DNA of 64,000 bases from the human T2T-CHM13v2.0 reference genome, Homo sapiens: assembly GCF_009914755.1 (NCBI RefSeq), contig NC_060933.1; one strand, 5' to 3'. A program made the translations under genes and the position numbers. The notes under the pieces were generated by a model. It was not told the DNA's origin. It did not search any database and saw only the letters and a list, made by a program, of their open reading frames with translations. Shown here one piece after another: positions 29,981 through 42,769 of the stretch. Each line of letters opens with the position of its first letter. The first letter of the stretch is position 1.

Positions 29981-30299
29981 TCTTCATCCTCGTTTATAAG
30001 ATCACTAATCCTATTCACCAAGACAAAGCCCTGATGGACTTAATCACTTCTCAGAAGACTCCACTTCTCAACACTATCACATCGAGTATTAGATTCCAAC
30101 ATTTACATTTGGGGGGAAAACCATCATTCAGACCATAACAAGACTTGAATAACAGAAAGAGTCTTATGGGAGGACTCAATATTTTATGGATATTATTTAA
30201 GCTGAAATTAATCTATAATGCGCAGTCATTCTAATCAGCTCAAGTGATTAGAATATGATCACGTGGCTCTAAAATTTATATGAAAGAGTGCCAAATGTT

Positions 30300-30810
30300 A
30301 GATACATTAATTAGGATACCTTTAGCTACAAATAACTGAAGCTCCACCTAAAAATAACCTACACTATAAAGAGACTCTAAAATGTAGAACCCGCTTTCTT
30401 TTCATTTCACTGTTTTGTTTGCTCTCAGTAGGGTCCATTTAATCGGGCTACTGTTATGCTCAAAATATGGTTGTCACATTTGCAGAAGTCTCATGAGAAG
30501 AAAACAGAGGCTTGCAAGGTGTATAACTATCCCAGTGTTTCTTTTTTTCAAATTGAGAGGAAAATAAATACCCATAAACACATCTCATCACATGCTCAGT
30601 CCTCAACTAATCACAGGCAAGGGGGAATGCAATTGTCACAATTATTGAGAATAATTATAATTTTACATTCCCACCTCCTTAGGATTTGGATGAGAGCCCA
30701 GATACCCAGAACTACATCACTGCCCAATACCTAAGAAAGAACTAGCGTTCTACTGGCAAAAAAATAATGGGTGCAGAAAATGACTACTAGGTAGGAAACC
30801 ACAGTGTCCA
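30300..30810 (-). mobile_element. Old MaLR LTR (MLT1K/L-like) relic
   Basis: attaattaggatacctttagctacaaataactgaa start and gtaggaaaccacagtgtc end resemble reverse MLT1. Confidence 0.45.
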
Positions 30811-30849
30811 GGAAAATGGATATTCAGAATGTACAGAGTTTATTCAAAT

Positions 30850-31700
30850 CAATCTTAAAAATAGAAACAAAATCAAAAATACAAACAACAGATGATTTAC
30901 AGATAAGAAAATACAAATGTCAAATAAACATATGAAAAAAGGCTCAATTTTACTAAGTAATCATGAAAATGCAAATTATAACAATCATGACATACCCTTT
31001 AATATCCATGAGATCAAGGATTAGCACATTTTTTATTAAAGGACCAAATATTAACTATATCTGGCTTTGTGGGTTAAGCAGGAAAATCAAGGACATTTTA
31101 TAGGTATGTATCGAACCACTTAAAATGTAATCATTTAAAAATATTAAAACCATTCTTAGTTTACAAGCTTGAAAAAGTACAGTTAGCCGGATTTGGTGCA
31201 TGAGTCATAGTTTGCTGATTCCCCATTATATGGACAAAACTTTAAAAGTGTAAAATATTAAGAGTTGGTGAAAATGCAACTAAAAGAGTGTCCTACATGT
31301 AGCAAGGTTTATTGCTGCAACCACTGGAGAATAATATAGCATTCTCTAATGAAAAATTAAAATGTTCACACCTTAAAACCTAATAATTTTTCTACTCATA
31401 TTGCTCTTTAGAGAAATACTTGCACATATTCACAAGAAAGTATGTCCAAGAAAAATACCCAAAACACTGTTACATATTTTCTATAGGATACATATAGATA
31501 GCTATCTGTATAAAGAATATATTTGAAATGACAGACTAAACTCCTAACTCCTATTATTTTCAAGTAGAACAAAGGGGCCAGGTTTTGAAAATGCTTTCAG
31601 AGGATCGAAAGCTATTTGCATTTTTTTTCTGAAGTTTTTAACATTTTACAAGAAGAAAATGTTCATATGTCACTCGTACTTAATTAAAAATTTTAATGCC
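30850..31700 (+). mobile_element. Old L1M 3' relic
   Basis: aaatgtcaaataaacatatgaaaaaaggctcaa...aaaatgcaaattataacaatcatgacatac. Confidence 0.7.
31014..31225. mobile_element. MER58-like hAT-Charlie DNA transposon
   Basis: aaaggaccaaatattaactatatctggctttgtgggt...ccggatttggtgcatgagtcatagtttgctga. Confidence 0.75.
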
Positions 31701-32094
31701 TATGTAAAACATCTTAAGAACTGGACACAGTAGAGAGATTAAGAAGAAAAATATAGACATAGTTAGCTATAAATTGTTTAAATATCACAGCTAAAGATTT
31801 TACCTCAATATTAAAATATATATAAATGTTTAGATATAATTTAGGGGTAAAATTGACCAAACATTTGAACTCCTAAATATTGTTAAGCCCCAAATTTTAT
31901 AAGGCAGTTAACCAAAATTTTAGAACTCCAAGAGTTGAATGTAAGTAATTAGGAATTTTCAACAAATTCCATCTATTTTATTCCAAAGATAACATTAAAA
32001 AATAATCAGACACTAGCCTTGCTGGATTTTCAATATTTGGTTTTAAAGTCCTTCCTTCTTGAATCATTTCAAATGAAAAACAGAAATTAATATA

Positions 32095-32096
<2 letters not shown>

Positions 32097-32139
<43 letters not shown>
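32097..32139 (+). repeat. (CA)n microsatellite
   Basis: Perfect dinucleotide run. Confidence 0.98.
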
Positions 32140-32144
<5 letters not shown>

Positions 32145-32292
32145 ATCAATCTTAGGTATAATGAAACAAAGAATGTGCATTCATAGACAAGCTCTCAGAC
32201 ATTGCCTTCCTCACATAAAGTGACTTACCTCCCTTTTTCATACACTTAATGACTAACAGGAATGAGATCCAACTTTTCCTTTTATCAAATGA

Positions 32293-32632
<340 letters not shown>

Positions 32633-32859
32633 AAAGTTTCTTTTATTAACAAAGAACTATTCTATTCTAGCTCTGAGACATTCTTGACAATGGAGAGAAA
32701 CAGAAGATAAAGATATATCAAAAGGCAAGAATTCAAACATTCTTATAATGTAGCACTGAGTAAAGCATTATTCTGAAATTGTTGGGTCTATAGTAGAGAT
32801 TCTTGGCAAAATGTCTCAATAAGTTCACACCCTGATGAAAACCCAACTCTGTTCAAAAT

Positions 32860-34100
32860 ACGTATTTTCACCAGATAGAATTCTGAGTTGATTATTTTAT
32901 GTTTTTTTGTTTTCCTTTCAGCACTTAAAAGATTGTCTTTCACTTTCTCCTGACCTCCATAGTTTTTGATAAGAAGTCAGCAATGTTTCAAATCATTGTT
33001 CCACTAAATGAAATTGGTCTTTTTTTTTTTTCTTGATAGTTTCAAGATTTGTTCATTATCTTTGGGTTTACTGAAGTTTGACTATAATTGCTCAGGTATT
33101 TGTGTGTGTGTGTGTGTTTATTATATTTCAGTTGTCCTGAGCTGCTTAAATCTGTAAAACTGTGCCTTTCAGCAATTGAGGAAATTTTTGTTCATTGTTT
33201 CACCAAAATTTTACCCTTACTATCTCTCTCCTCTCTTTCTAATAATGTCCCACAGGTCACTGATGCCCTGCTGTTTCTTTCTTTTTCAATTCTTTTTCTC
33301 TCTGTTACTCAAATTGGATAATTTCTATTAAGCTATCTTCAAAGTTACTGACTCTTCTCTTCTGTTGTCTTCACTCTGTGTTTCTATTTCTGATATTTTA
33401 TTTGCCAAACAAATAACCTATATTTTGTTCTTTTTTATACTTTCTATTTGCCGGATGTGGTATTTTTTTTATCTTTTCATTCGCCCCAAGTATATTTTTC
33501 TCATTGAGTGTATGTAGTTCTGATAGGTGTTTAAGAATTCTTGCTATCCCAACTTCTGAGTCATCTTGGAGTTGTTACTCTTTGATCATTATTTATCTTA
33601 ATGATGAGTCATATTTTTCTAATTCTTCACATGTCAAGTAACTTGAGGTTGTATCCTCAACACTCTGACTGTTACATGGATTCTGTTTTATTCCTCAGAA
33701 GAATGCTAATTTTTCTTTAAGTAGGCAATTAACTTAGTTGGACTCAAACTGCCAACTTTGTCTCTTGGTTAGCATCTCAAATATCAATTTCATTATTTTT
33801 CTTTAACTGGATTCTCTTCCACATAATAATGGCTCTGGAATCATCCAGTAATTTGAGCAAAGTTTGTACACAAATTTGGGGGCTTCCCTTTTTCAGCTTT
33901 CTCTTTTCTAAGGTTCTTTCCTAATATCCTAATGGCTGTAGTTAGCTTCAATCTCTATTCTCTTATTCCTTGGGCCAGAGAACTGTGGTTTCCTATCAAA
34001 GTTGTAGCCAGCCCATGCAGCTGTGACCATACACTGCCCTCAGGTTGAAGTCCACAGAAATCTCACCTCATGAGAGATCCATTTTTCCTCCCAAATTAAA
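32860..34100 (-). mobile_element. Old L1M 5'/ORF1 relic
   Basis: T-rich reverse L1M motifs (gataagaagtcagc, ctatcttcaaagttactgactcttctct). Confidence 0.65.
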
Positions 34101-34696
34101 ACTACCCTTCAATAAGAACTTAATCTTTCACACTGGAAGGAGAATCCCTGTCAACTTGTTCTATTCTTGATTTGGCTGAATGGTGGCAGAGACATGGATT
34201 TGATTCTTAAAAGAGTTTTGGAAGATTTAAATTCTGCATGAGAGATTTCTCTCTCATGATCTTTTGAGCTTCAAATCTGTAGTATTAGTAATGTAGTCAA
34301 ATCTAAGAGAGAATGTATCCCATTTAAACATTCTATTTTATATATTCATATTTAGAAATACCTAAAACATTGGTGGAAGCATGTTGAAAATATGAGAGGA
34401 AAAATTATAAGAAAGAAATAAAATATTGTTGTGATAATACAGGTCACCTGTGTGAAGAGACAAAATATTATGTTCCTTTTTAGCAGAGGCAAGAAAAATA
34501 TAGCAATGATGAGGACTTCATTTGTCTATAAAAAGGGATCAAATCTCATTTGGCTAAAAGTAAAGGTTCTGAGAAGCTCTTGTCTAGATTTTCTAATAAT
34601 CTCAATTACCCAGTGGTGGAAGAAATGGTAAAAAGTACTACTCTAGACCTAATTTTAACAAAGAGAGCTATTTGGTGATGGGGAAATGATAAGTGT

Positions 34697-35065
34697 TTTA
34701 TTAGTCCATTCTCACACTGCTATAAAGAACTACCTGAGACTGGGTAATTTATGAAGAAAAGAAGTTTAATTGACTCACAGTTCCACGCTGTACAGGAAAC
34801 ATGGCTAGGAGACCTTAGGAAACTTACAATCATGGCGGAAGGCAAAGCAGAGGCAAGTACCTCTTACCATGGCAGAGCAGGACAGAGACAGGGACATGCC
34901 ATACTTTTCAACCATCAGATCTTGTGAGAACTCACTATCACTGAGACCAGCATGGGGGAAATCCACCCCCATGATTCAATCACCTCCCACCAGACCCCTT
35001 CTTCAACCCTTTGGGGTTACCATTTGACATGAATTTGGGTAGGGACACAGAGCCAAACCATATCA
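34697..35065 (-). mobile_element. MSTA-like MaLR solo LTR
   Basis: attagtccattctcacactgctataaagaactacctgagactgggtaattt...gggacacagagccaaaccatatca. Confidence 0.92.
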
Positions 35066-36186
35066 AATGTCTTAGAAGAAAGCAGTTCTATCATCTTAGA
35101 TCACAATATCTACAGTAGTAAAGGTGGAGAAAAGCCTGTTTCAAATAACTTGTTGAGATATTTAGAGGGGCATGTTTTAAAAATACTATAATTAATGGTT
35201 CCCTAGTATGCTGTTCTAAGCATGACTCTTGAATGGCTGGACTCAAGGGAGTTGGGAAACACTTATTGATGCATTTCCAATTGTGGAATGGAAAAGTCAT
35301 CTTAGAATAAAGAAACAAGGAGAAAATGGATGAAGGAAATCATGCCCCAAGAATGGAAAGAAGAATAAATAACCAAGGATGTGTATGAAACCAAGCTGTT
35401 AGGAAGTCTGAGACCAAAATTAAGTGAGGCATGTATCAAGTGCTAAGGACAACAAAACTATTTAAATGTTATTTTATAAATAAGAAAATGAACAAAAGAG
35501 GTCCAGGACCACTACAGGGGCACAAGGTGTTACATAGAAGTTTGATATAAAGAAAATGGAATGTCTAAATTCCTGTTTTTGCTTCTGATTTTTCTGCCAA
35601 GTATAAAACTAGTATTCATAAGGGAAAAGAAAGTCCAAAGGTAGTAAAGTTATTTTATATGAATTCAGGTTATTTGGCTTAGATGAATTGCATCCCAAGG
35701 CTCTAAGAGAACTTGTAAATGAAATCACTCAACAAACATCCTTATTTTATGAGAAATTTTAGACAAGGGCAAAGGAGTCTGAAAACTGGAAAAAAGCCAG
35801 AGTCAGTCCCACTTTCAAGTGGAAAATTATAGGTTTGGCAAACAAACTGCTGGATGCAAGGATCGACTACTAAAGAAATGGATTGTGAATACATGGGAAA
35901 AGGACAGCTATCATAAATGTGTACAAATGGCTTGTCACATTCCACTCATGTTTTGCTCTGAAAGGATTATAGGACATGTCTAATATGAAAATCCAGGACA
36001 CAAAGCTAGCAGGGACTTGGTGAGTCAATTGGTAAACAAATGGTTCTGTTTTTATATCCCTTTTATAGAATGGAGAAACATAGGTTGAATGCTAAGAAAG
36101 ATTATCATTGTAGTAGCCAGTGGAGTTATTGTACACAAAGAGCAAAGACCAGTAATTTGATATTAACCAAGCAAAATGTTGACAGA

Positions 36187-36637
36187 TGTTATGGTTGCAG
36201 TGTCTCCCCCAAAATGATGTGTAGAAGTCTTATCCACCAGCACCTAGGAATGTGATCTTATTTGGAGATAGGGTCTTTGCAAATGTTATTAAGTTAACAT
36301 GAGTCATCAAGATGGGACATAATGGGACAAAATGCAATGTGATGGAAAGGAAGACATCATGTGAAGATGGAGACACAGGGAGAACAGCATGTGACAATAG
36401 AGGCAGAGATTGAAGTGCTGCAGATGCAACCCAAGGAGTGCCTGGCATTGCCAGCAACCACCAGAAACTGGAAGGAAGCAAGGGAAGATTCTCCCCTACA
36501 GCTTCCAGAGGGACACAACCTTGCCAACACCTTAACTTCAGAGTTTTAGCCTCCAGAACTGTAAAAGAATGCATTTCTGTTGTTTTAAGCCACCTAATTT
36601 TTGGTATTTGTGACAGCAGCCCTAGAAATCTAATACC
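36187..36637 (+). mobile_element. MLT1B/C-like MaLR solo LTR
   Basis: tgttatggttg...gatagggtctttgcaaatg...gcctccagaactgt...gcagccctagaaatctaatac. Confidence 0.9.
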
Positions 36638-36751
36638 CTAAGTATATCCCAGAAGCCTGGCTTCTGATCCTGTCAATTCAACATTCTAAAAGGAGTTTGA
36701 TAAAGACACAAAAAAGGATGAGGAACAAAAATTATTAAGAATAAAAAGGTA

Positions 36752-37101
<350 letters not shown>

Positions 37102-37550
37102 TTATATATAACTAGTTTAATGTAAATTTTTATCACCATTTAAAAATAAAACTACACTCCAAGTACATGTTGCATGTGTTCATAAGTTTTCAAATTTTGA
37201 GTTACCCAAAAACTTAAAAAAAAACTATTGCTTGTACTTAAACATTGTAGGTCATTCTATCATTAAAATAAATACAACTAGACATTTAAATTTCTAGTAG
37301 AAGTTTACAACTAGAAGTTTAATTGTATTAGTTTACAACTAATTTACAATTTAATTGTATTAGTTTACAACTAGAAGTTTAATTCCAAATACAATGCATT
37401 AAAGAGCTCTGAATAATGAAGGCTAGTTTCGAGAAAAGTGTTGGAAAGAAAGGGTTTCAAAACCATGCCATATTAAAAGCCTGACAAAAGTGACAGAGTT
37501 TAGTGTGTAGAAGAAGGTACTAGAAGCAGATGCTATACTGTCTGCAAATA

Positions 37551-37868
37551 CAATAATGTGTCACGTGATGAAGCTACACTCTGAGAAATGTGTCGTTAGG
37601 TGATTTTGTCATTATGCAAACATCTAGAGTATACTTACCCAAGTTCAAATGGTATAGTCCGCTATATACCTAGGCTATATGATACAGCCTATTGCTCCTG
37701 TACAGTGTGTCACTATACTGAATACTGTAGGCAACTGTAACACAAAGGTAAGTATTTGTATATCTAAACATAGGAAAAGTGCAGTAAATATATGATCTTA
37801 TAATACTATGGGGCCACCATCATATATGTGATCCATCGTTGACCAAAATGTTTTTTGGTGCCTTACTG
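37551..37868. mobile_element. Tigger3a/MER7-like DNA transposon
   Basis: ctgagaaatgtgtcgttaggtgattttgtcatt...cctaggctatatg...catcgttgaccaaaatg; TA on both flanks. Confidence 0.85.
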
Positions 37869-38026
37869 TACTAATGAGGCATCTGGCTATTTTCCTGGGA
37901 CATCAGGAAGCTGGATGAGTTTCAAAGAGTCTCACACTCCTATTATTAACAAGGTATATCAAGTAAATGTTCTATCTTCAGTTTGTATTTAGAATAAAAG
38001 TATTACATTGTGGCTAATAACAAAAT

Positions 38027-38699
38027 GCAATATTTAATTAAGTTTGAAATATATTTTGTTCCACATTTTAACATCTCTAAAAATAAGGAGCTGTCTTACA
38101 ATTACTGACTGCAAGTTGGTGTCATAGAGGAGTTTTCGTTGACTGTGCTTGGACAAATTTGGACATGCCTGTTCACATTTTTGTCACCTCAGTTATGTGC
38201 ATTGCCAGTATGGCCCATGTTGGGTTTAATTGTCATTTTAAAATGTCTTCAAGATAGTGCATTTTGATTTAGCAGTGAAATGGAACTATTATAAATAGAC
38301 ACATGGAAACAGCAAACAATGCATATGTTTAAGATTAGCAGAGCAAATACTTGCCATAGGAGGAATGACTACAATTCTGTGTTTTCTTGCAATGCAACAA
38401 TCAAATGATTTACTAGATCTAGAAAAATACCGGGCATTTTGTTATATTTTGTTACTGGTTTACATGCAGAAAAAGACTGCCTACCTTCTGCTAAGCAAAA
38501 CAATTGAAAGCAATAAGTACTGCCATATAGCTTAGATTAAAGGACATTCAAAACTAAAAAGGCTGTTATGACCCATTTGTGCATCAAACAACAGTATGTC
38601 ACGTTTTTATAGTTAAATTGGCAGCATTTTTGTTCTTAATGGTTTGTAACTAATGGTACATCTTATGATTGATAATCTCCTAGATTCAGAAAAATACGG
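38027..38699 (+). mobile_element. Kanga/MER104-type (TcMar-Tc2) DNA transposon relic
   Basis: cacatttta acatctctaaaat start, tagattcagaaaaatacgg end, decayed HGN...ISRAN...RND pogo-like DNA-binding peptide near 38300-38370. Confidence 0.65.
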
Positions 38700-38704
38700 C
38701 ACTT

Positions 38705-38925
38705 TCCGTTTATACAGAACTTGGTCATTTACAAAGTATTTTCACACATATTGTAATTGCCTTCAGCGGCCACGTGAAATAGGGGTAGGTCTGTTTTATA
38801 GCCATTTAACAGAGAAGAAGATTAATGATCAGTAGTTAATTAACTCGCCTATGGTAATACGTTTCACACATGATAAAACTGGAGAGTTAAAGGTTTCCAA
38901 CTCCTATTCCAGGACTTTTTCTATT
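38705..38925 (-). mobile_element. MIR SINE
   Basis: tttacaaagtattttcacacat...ccatttaacagagaagaag...ccaactcctattccaggac. Confidence 0.65.
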
Positions 38926-39434
38926 TTAAAAAATATAATGAATTCATTTTTTTCTGAAAATATTTATAAAAATTAAGGTCTAGTGAAGAGAACGTTTACA
39001 ATATATAAAAATTCAGAAAAGTCTTTTCTTTTAATATCCAAAATACAAACCAAGTTAACAACTATCTTTTCAAAGCCATTTTTATTTATACCTGAAGAAC
39101 AGAGGTTCTAAGAAAATAAAATTCCTTCAGAAAATTGTTTCAAGTGATACAAACAAAAACCACTTATTTCTCTCCTGGGTAAGAATGAATAACTTTGCTA
39201 TTTTACCTCCACTGAAACCAATGCAATTCTTAAATGGATTATTACTGACAGGATTTCATAATACAGGTTCACACATATGCATGACTGCAAATAAAATTTG
39301 TAATTTTCAAATATTTTCCTGTCCTTTGAGGCAAAAATTAGGCTAATATATCTCCTTGATACAAGCATACAAATATTCTAATTCCTGAATTTAAAATACA
39401 ATTTAAAAAACAAAACAACTCTGGTATTTTATAC

Positions 39435-39940
39435 TTTTAGAACTTCTCACAAAGCTCACTAATTCATTTTATTCACACTGCATCTTAATCTTGACAACAG
39501 TCCTGTGAAGTGTCTTCATCAGCAGCAGCAGTATCACCATCATTATCATCATCCTCACCAGCAGCAGCCCCACCATTATCATCCTCACCATCATTGTCAG
39601 CATCATCATCACCACCACCAGCATCACCATAATCATCATCACCACCACCATCATCATCACCACCATAATCATCATCATTACCATTATCATCACTACCACC
39701 ATCACCATTACCACCAGCATCATCATCACCATCATCATCACCATCATCATCATTACTATCATCATCACCACCATCATCATCATCACCATTATCATCATCA
39801 TCAACATCACCATCATCACCGTTCGACAGAGAAAGAGACTGAAGCTCAGAGCAATCATATAACTAGCATAAAGTCACTTTACCAACAAATGATAGAGCCA
39901 GAATAAGGATCTCTTTACTATGACTCCAAAGCTCAAGGCA
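39435..39940 (-). mobile_element. MIR SINE split by triplet array
   Basis: aatcttgacaacagtcctgtgaag before the array; acagagaaagagactgaagctcagag...agagccagaat...tgactccaaagctc after it. Confidence 0.8.
39517..39819 (+). repeat. Imperfect (CAT/CAC)n trinucleotide array, about 100 triplets
   Basis: Phase-preserved CAT/CAC with CAG/TAT/TAC/CCT variants. Confidence 0.97.
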
Positions 39941-40589
39941 TCATGCAGTCAGTTTGGTTATATCTTGAGAGAGGAAAGATAAAGAGAGTAACTTTGCTAG
40001 ATCATACGTCATTATATAGCAAAGGCAGCTCTAGATGCAATTTATTTGATCTGACAAATAAATGATCTCACATAACATGAAGAGGGAAGGATGAACTCAG
40101 AGAAAAAAAAGAAAAGATTGCCTATTTTGGAGTATTGTGTTGGGCAGGTCCTGATTTCAGCCCCAAAGCAAATGATTGTTGGTCATCTCTTAGGACCTGA
40201 AATTTTGCAAGAGTTAATATGATTTGTAGGTTTAGAAACAAAACGATCCTTAATATAAATCCAATGCTATATGGCTATAGAAGAGATCCACCTATTATTA
40301 GGCCAAGAATTACTTAGAGATGCTGTCAAAGTGATCACTTTCAATATCCTTGTGGCCAGTCCTACTAAATGTGCAACAAGAGAGTGACTCAAGCTAGTGA
40401 ATATTTACAGACCATTCTTCCTAAAAAGAGGAAAGCTGTTTTAGTTCTTGAATAATAGCAAGTATAATATCTCATTCAATAACAAAATGTGGCTCTAACA
40501 CAGCCAGAAGTCATTACACCAATGAAAGGAAATATTACATTCCATAGTATTCAATTGGTCTGAGGTTTCCCCTATTACAGTTTCACAGA

Positions 40590-40755
40590 GTGCAGTCCTT
40601 AAGCTTTCACTACAGGAATTATTCCTAGGCAGGATGTGCGTATTAACGCACATCTTAAGCTCCATCTCAGAACTATTGAATCATTATCTCCAGGATTGGG
40701 TTCAGGAAAAGTAAATTTTAAACAAGGTCCCCAGGTGAGTAGAATTGCTGCTAAA
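40590..40755. mobile_element. MER5-like hAT fragment
   Basis: ctcagaactattgaatcattatctccagg...ttttaaacaaggtccccaggtga. Confidence 0.55.
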
Positions 40756-40841
40756 TGTTTATGTCATCAAGTAACTCAAATGATTAGTAATTCCACAAAA
40801 AGGAATCAACCTCATCCCTTTCTTGGAGGACTCTCAAAAAT

Positions 40842-40910
40842 GAAGAAGGGGAAGAAGGGGAAGAGAAAGGGAAAAGGAAAAAGGAGGAGAAGGAGGAAGG
40901 GGAGAGAAGG
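40842..40910 (+). repeat. Polypurine (GA-rich) tract
   Basis: About 70 nt of only G and A. Confidence 0.9.
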
Positions 40911-40911
40911 C

Positions 40912-41340
40912 TCCTCTGTTGTTGGACACTTGGGTTGTTTCCACCTGGAGCGTGTATAAATAATGCTGCACTGAACACAGGCATACAATTATTTGTTTGA
41001 ATTCCTGCTTTCAATTCTTTTGGGTATACACCTAGGAGTGGAAGTGCTGGGTTATATAGTAATTTTATGTTTAAGTTTTTGAGGAACTGCCAAATTGTTT
41101 TCCATAGCAGCTGCACCATTTTACACCTCCTCCCAGCAATACACAATGGTTCCAATAGCTTCACATCCTCTTCAACACTTGTATTTTTTTCTTATCTTTT
41201 CTTTGAAAATGACCATCATAATCATAACAGGTGTGAAGTGGTGTCTCACTATAGCCATTGCTCATTTTTAATTGGGCTATTTTTCCTTTTATTATTGAGT
41301 TGCAAGACTTTTTAAAATGTGTTCTGGATATCCCTTTTGA
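40912..41340 (-). mobile_element. L1MB-like 3' fragment
   Basis: ggacacttgggttgtttcc...gaggaactgccaaattgttttccatagcagctgcaccattttaca. Confidence 0.85.
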
Positions 41341-42162
41341 TAAAACATCTACTACATGTTGATAATGCCCAGCATGAGACTGACATATGACAGAATCCCC
41401 TATAATGGTTTTCATTTAGATATTGCCCCAAAATTGCATGATGCAAGGGGAATTTACACGTGGATGAATAGCATTTTTACTGAGTTTGCCAAACAGCCAA
41501 GGCAGTGTGCATGTTTAGTATTTAGAGCAAATGTAGCTGCAGTTCCCACCATGCCTCTTTGTGCACATGGCACCTCCATGTGTACGAGTTTTTATTTTTT
41601 AAGATATGTTACTTTAAGAGCCATTTTCAAACCGCAGAAATTACTTTAAAATTCACAGTAACTTCCAATGGATGGGATTAGAAGCTGCCATTTGGCTATT
41701 AATGAAGAGCTCTGAAATGGCAATTTTAGAAAACCACAGGATGGTAGGAAATGATATTTTATTAAATACTGCAAACCCTCCAAGTACAAAATGGGTAGAC
41801 GAGCAGGGAGAGGGACTGTTACTGTGAGGGGCTAAATGATGCCTTTCCATTTCCTTATCACAGAACGTGTCAGGGCCATGCTAAGGATTCCCATTCAAAT
41901 GAAGCAGCCGCGGACAATCCAGATGGAATACAAATAGACGCAGGAGAGTGGAGCAGGGTTAGCGAGGTGTGCAGTTGGCGAGATTGATGTTGATACCCTT
42001 CACTGCCAAGTGAAATGCCAATAATGCTTGTATAACATTTTGTGAGGGCAATGGGAGTATTGATTCCTGAGCAATAATAAAGAATGAAGCTGCTCTCTCA
42101 GGTATAAAAATATTGGCAACTGTTACAAAGAATTGACTCATAGGGGACTGAGTGCTGGCCTA

Positions 42163-42317
42163 TCTTAATACAAATAATTCAGGCTTCAGAAGGATTTCAA
42201 GAGCAGCCAGGCATGGTTCGCAGGCACTAGCTCTGCTATTAATTTACCTGCTGCCTTCACTCCCAGTCTATCAGCCAATTGGTCTTAGTAAGGCAGAGGC
42301 TAAATGGATTCCTGAGG
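42163..42317 (+). repeat. Copy 1 of a ~150-bp local duplication
   Basis: Aligns by eye to 44420-44877 once the Alu is removed. Confidence 0.92.
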
Positions 42318-42769
42318 TCTCATTGAGAGTTGAGAAAAGACAATAAAATTGGAGGAAAAAAAAGGAAAAGAAGAAAAAAAAACAAGAAAGACTATAAAAT
42401 GTTTACAAATACATTTTTAAAGTTGCAGATTCTGTTCGCATTTTTTTCTGAAGATGAAGTAAAGCATGTGGCAGGCACCTAAGAGAAGGAGCACTGTCAA
42501 TGCTTTTAAACACTTTGCCATTAGAGGTGTGATTTCTGAGTGTTTTTTGCTATGGATTACAATAACTTGTACATATGGAAACCAAAATGGAACACTCGCA
42601 AATGTGTGGATCTATTATATTTAATGATATCAAATACTTGGCAGGAAAGCCAACAAATACTCTAAATGTACATAAAGCTGGGAAATTGACCTAAGAAGGA
42701 ATGCAGTTCCTACTTTCATAGTCACCCATTCCCAAAACAGAATGAACTCTTGGAGGAATAAAAAAAAAC

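Noticed and set aside
39505-39906. Histidine-rich protein gene as an annotated CDS
   Set aside because: No ATG, promoter or splice context; the frame is explained by a triplet repeat within a MIR. Kept only as a finding
42638-42653. NFI full site ttggc...gccaa (similar near 11676)
   Set aside because: Spacer is 6 nt rather than the canonical 5
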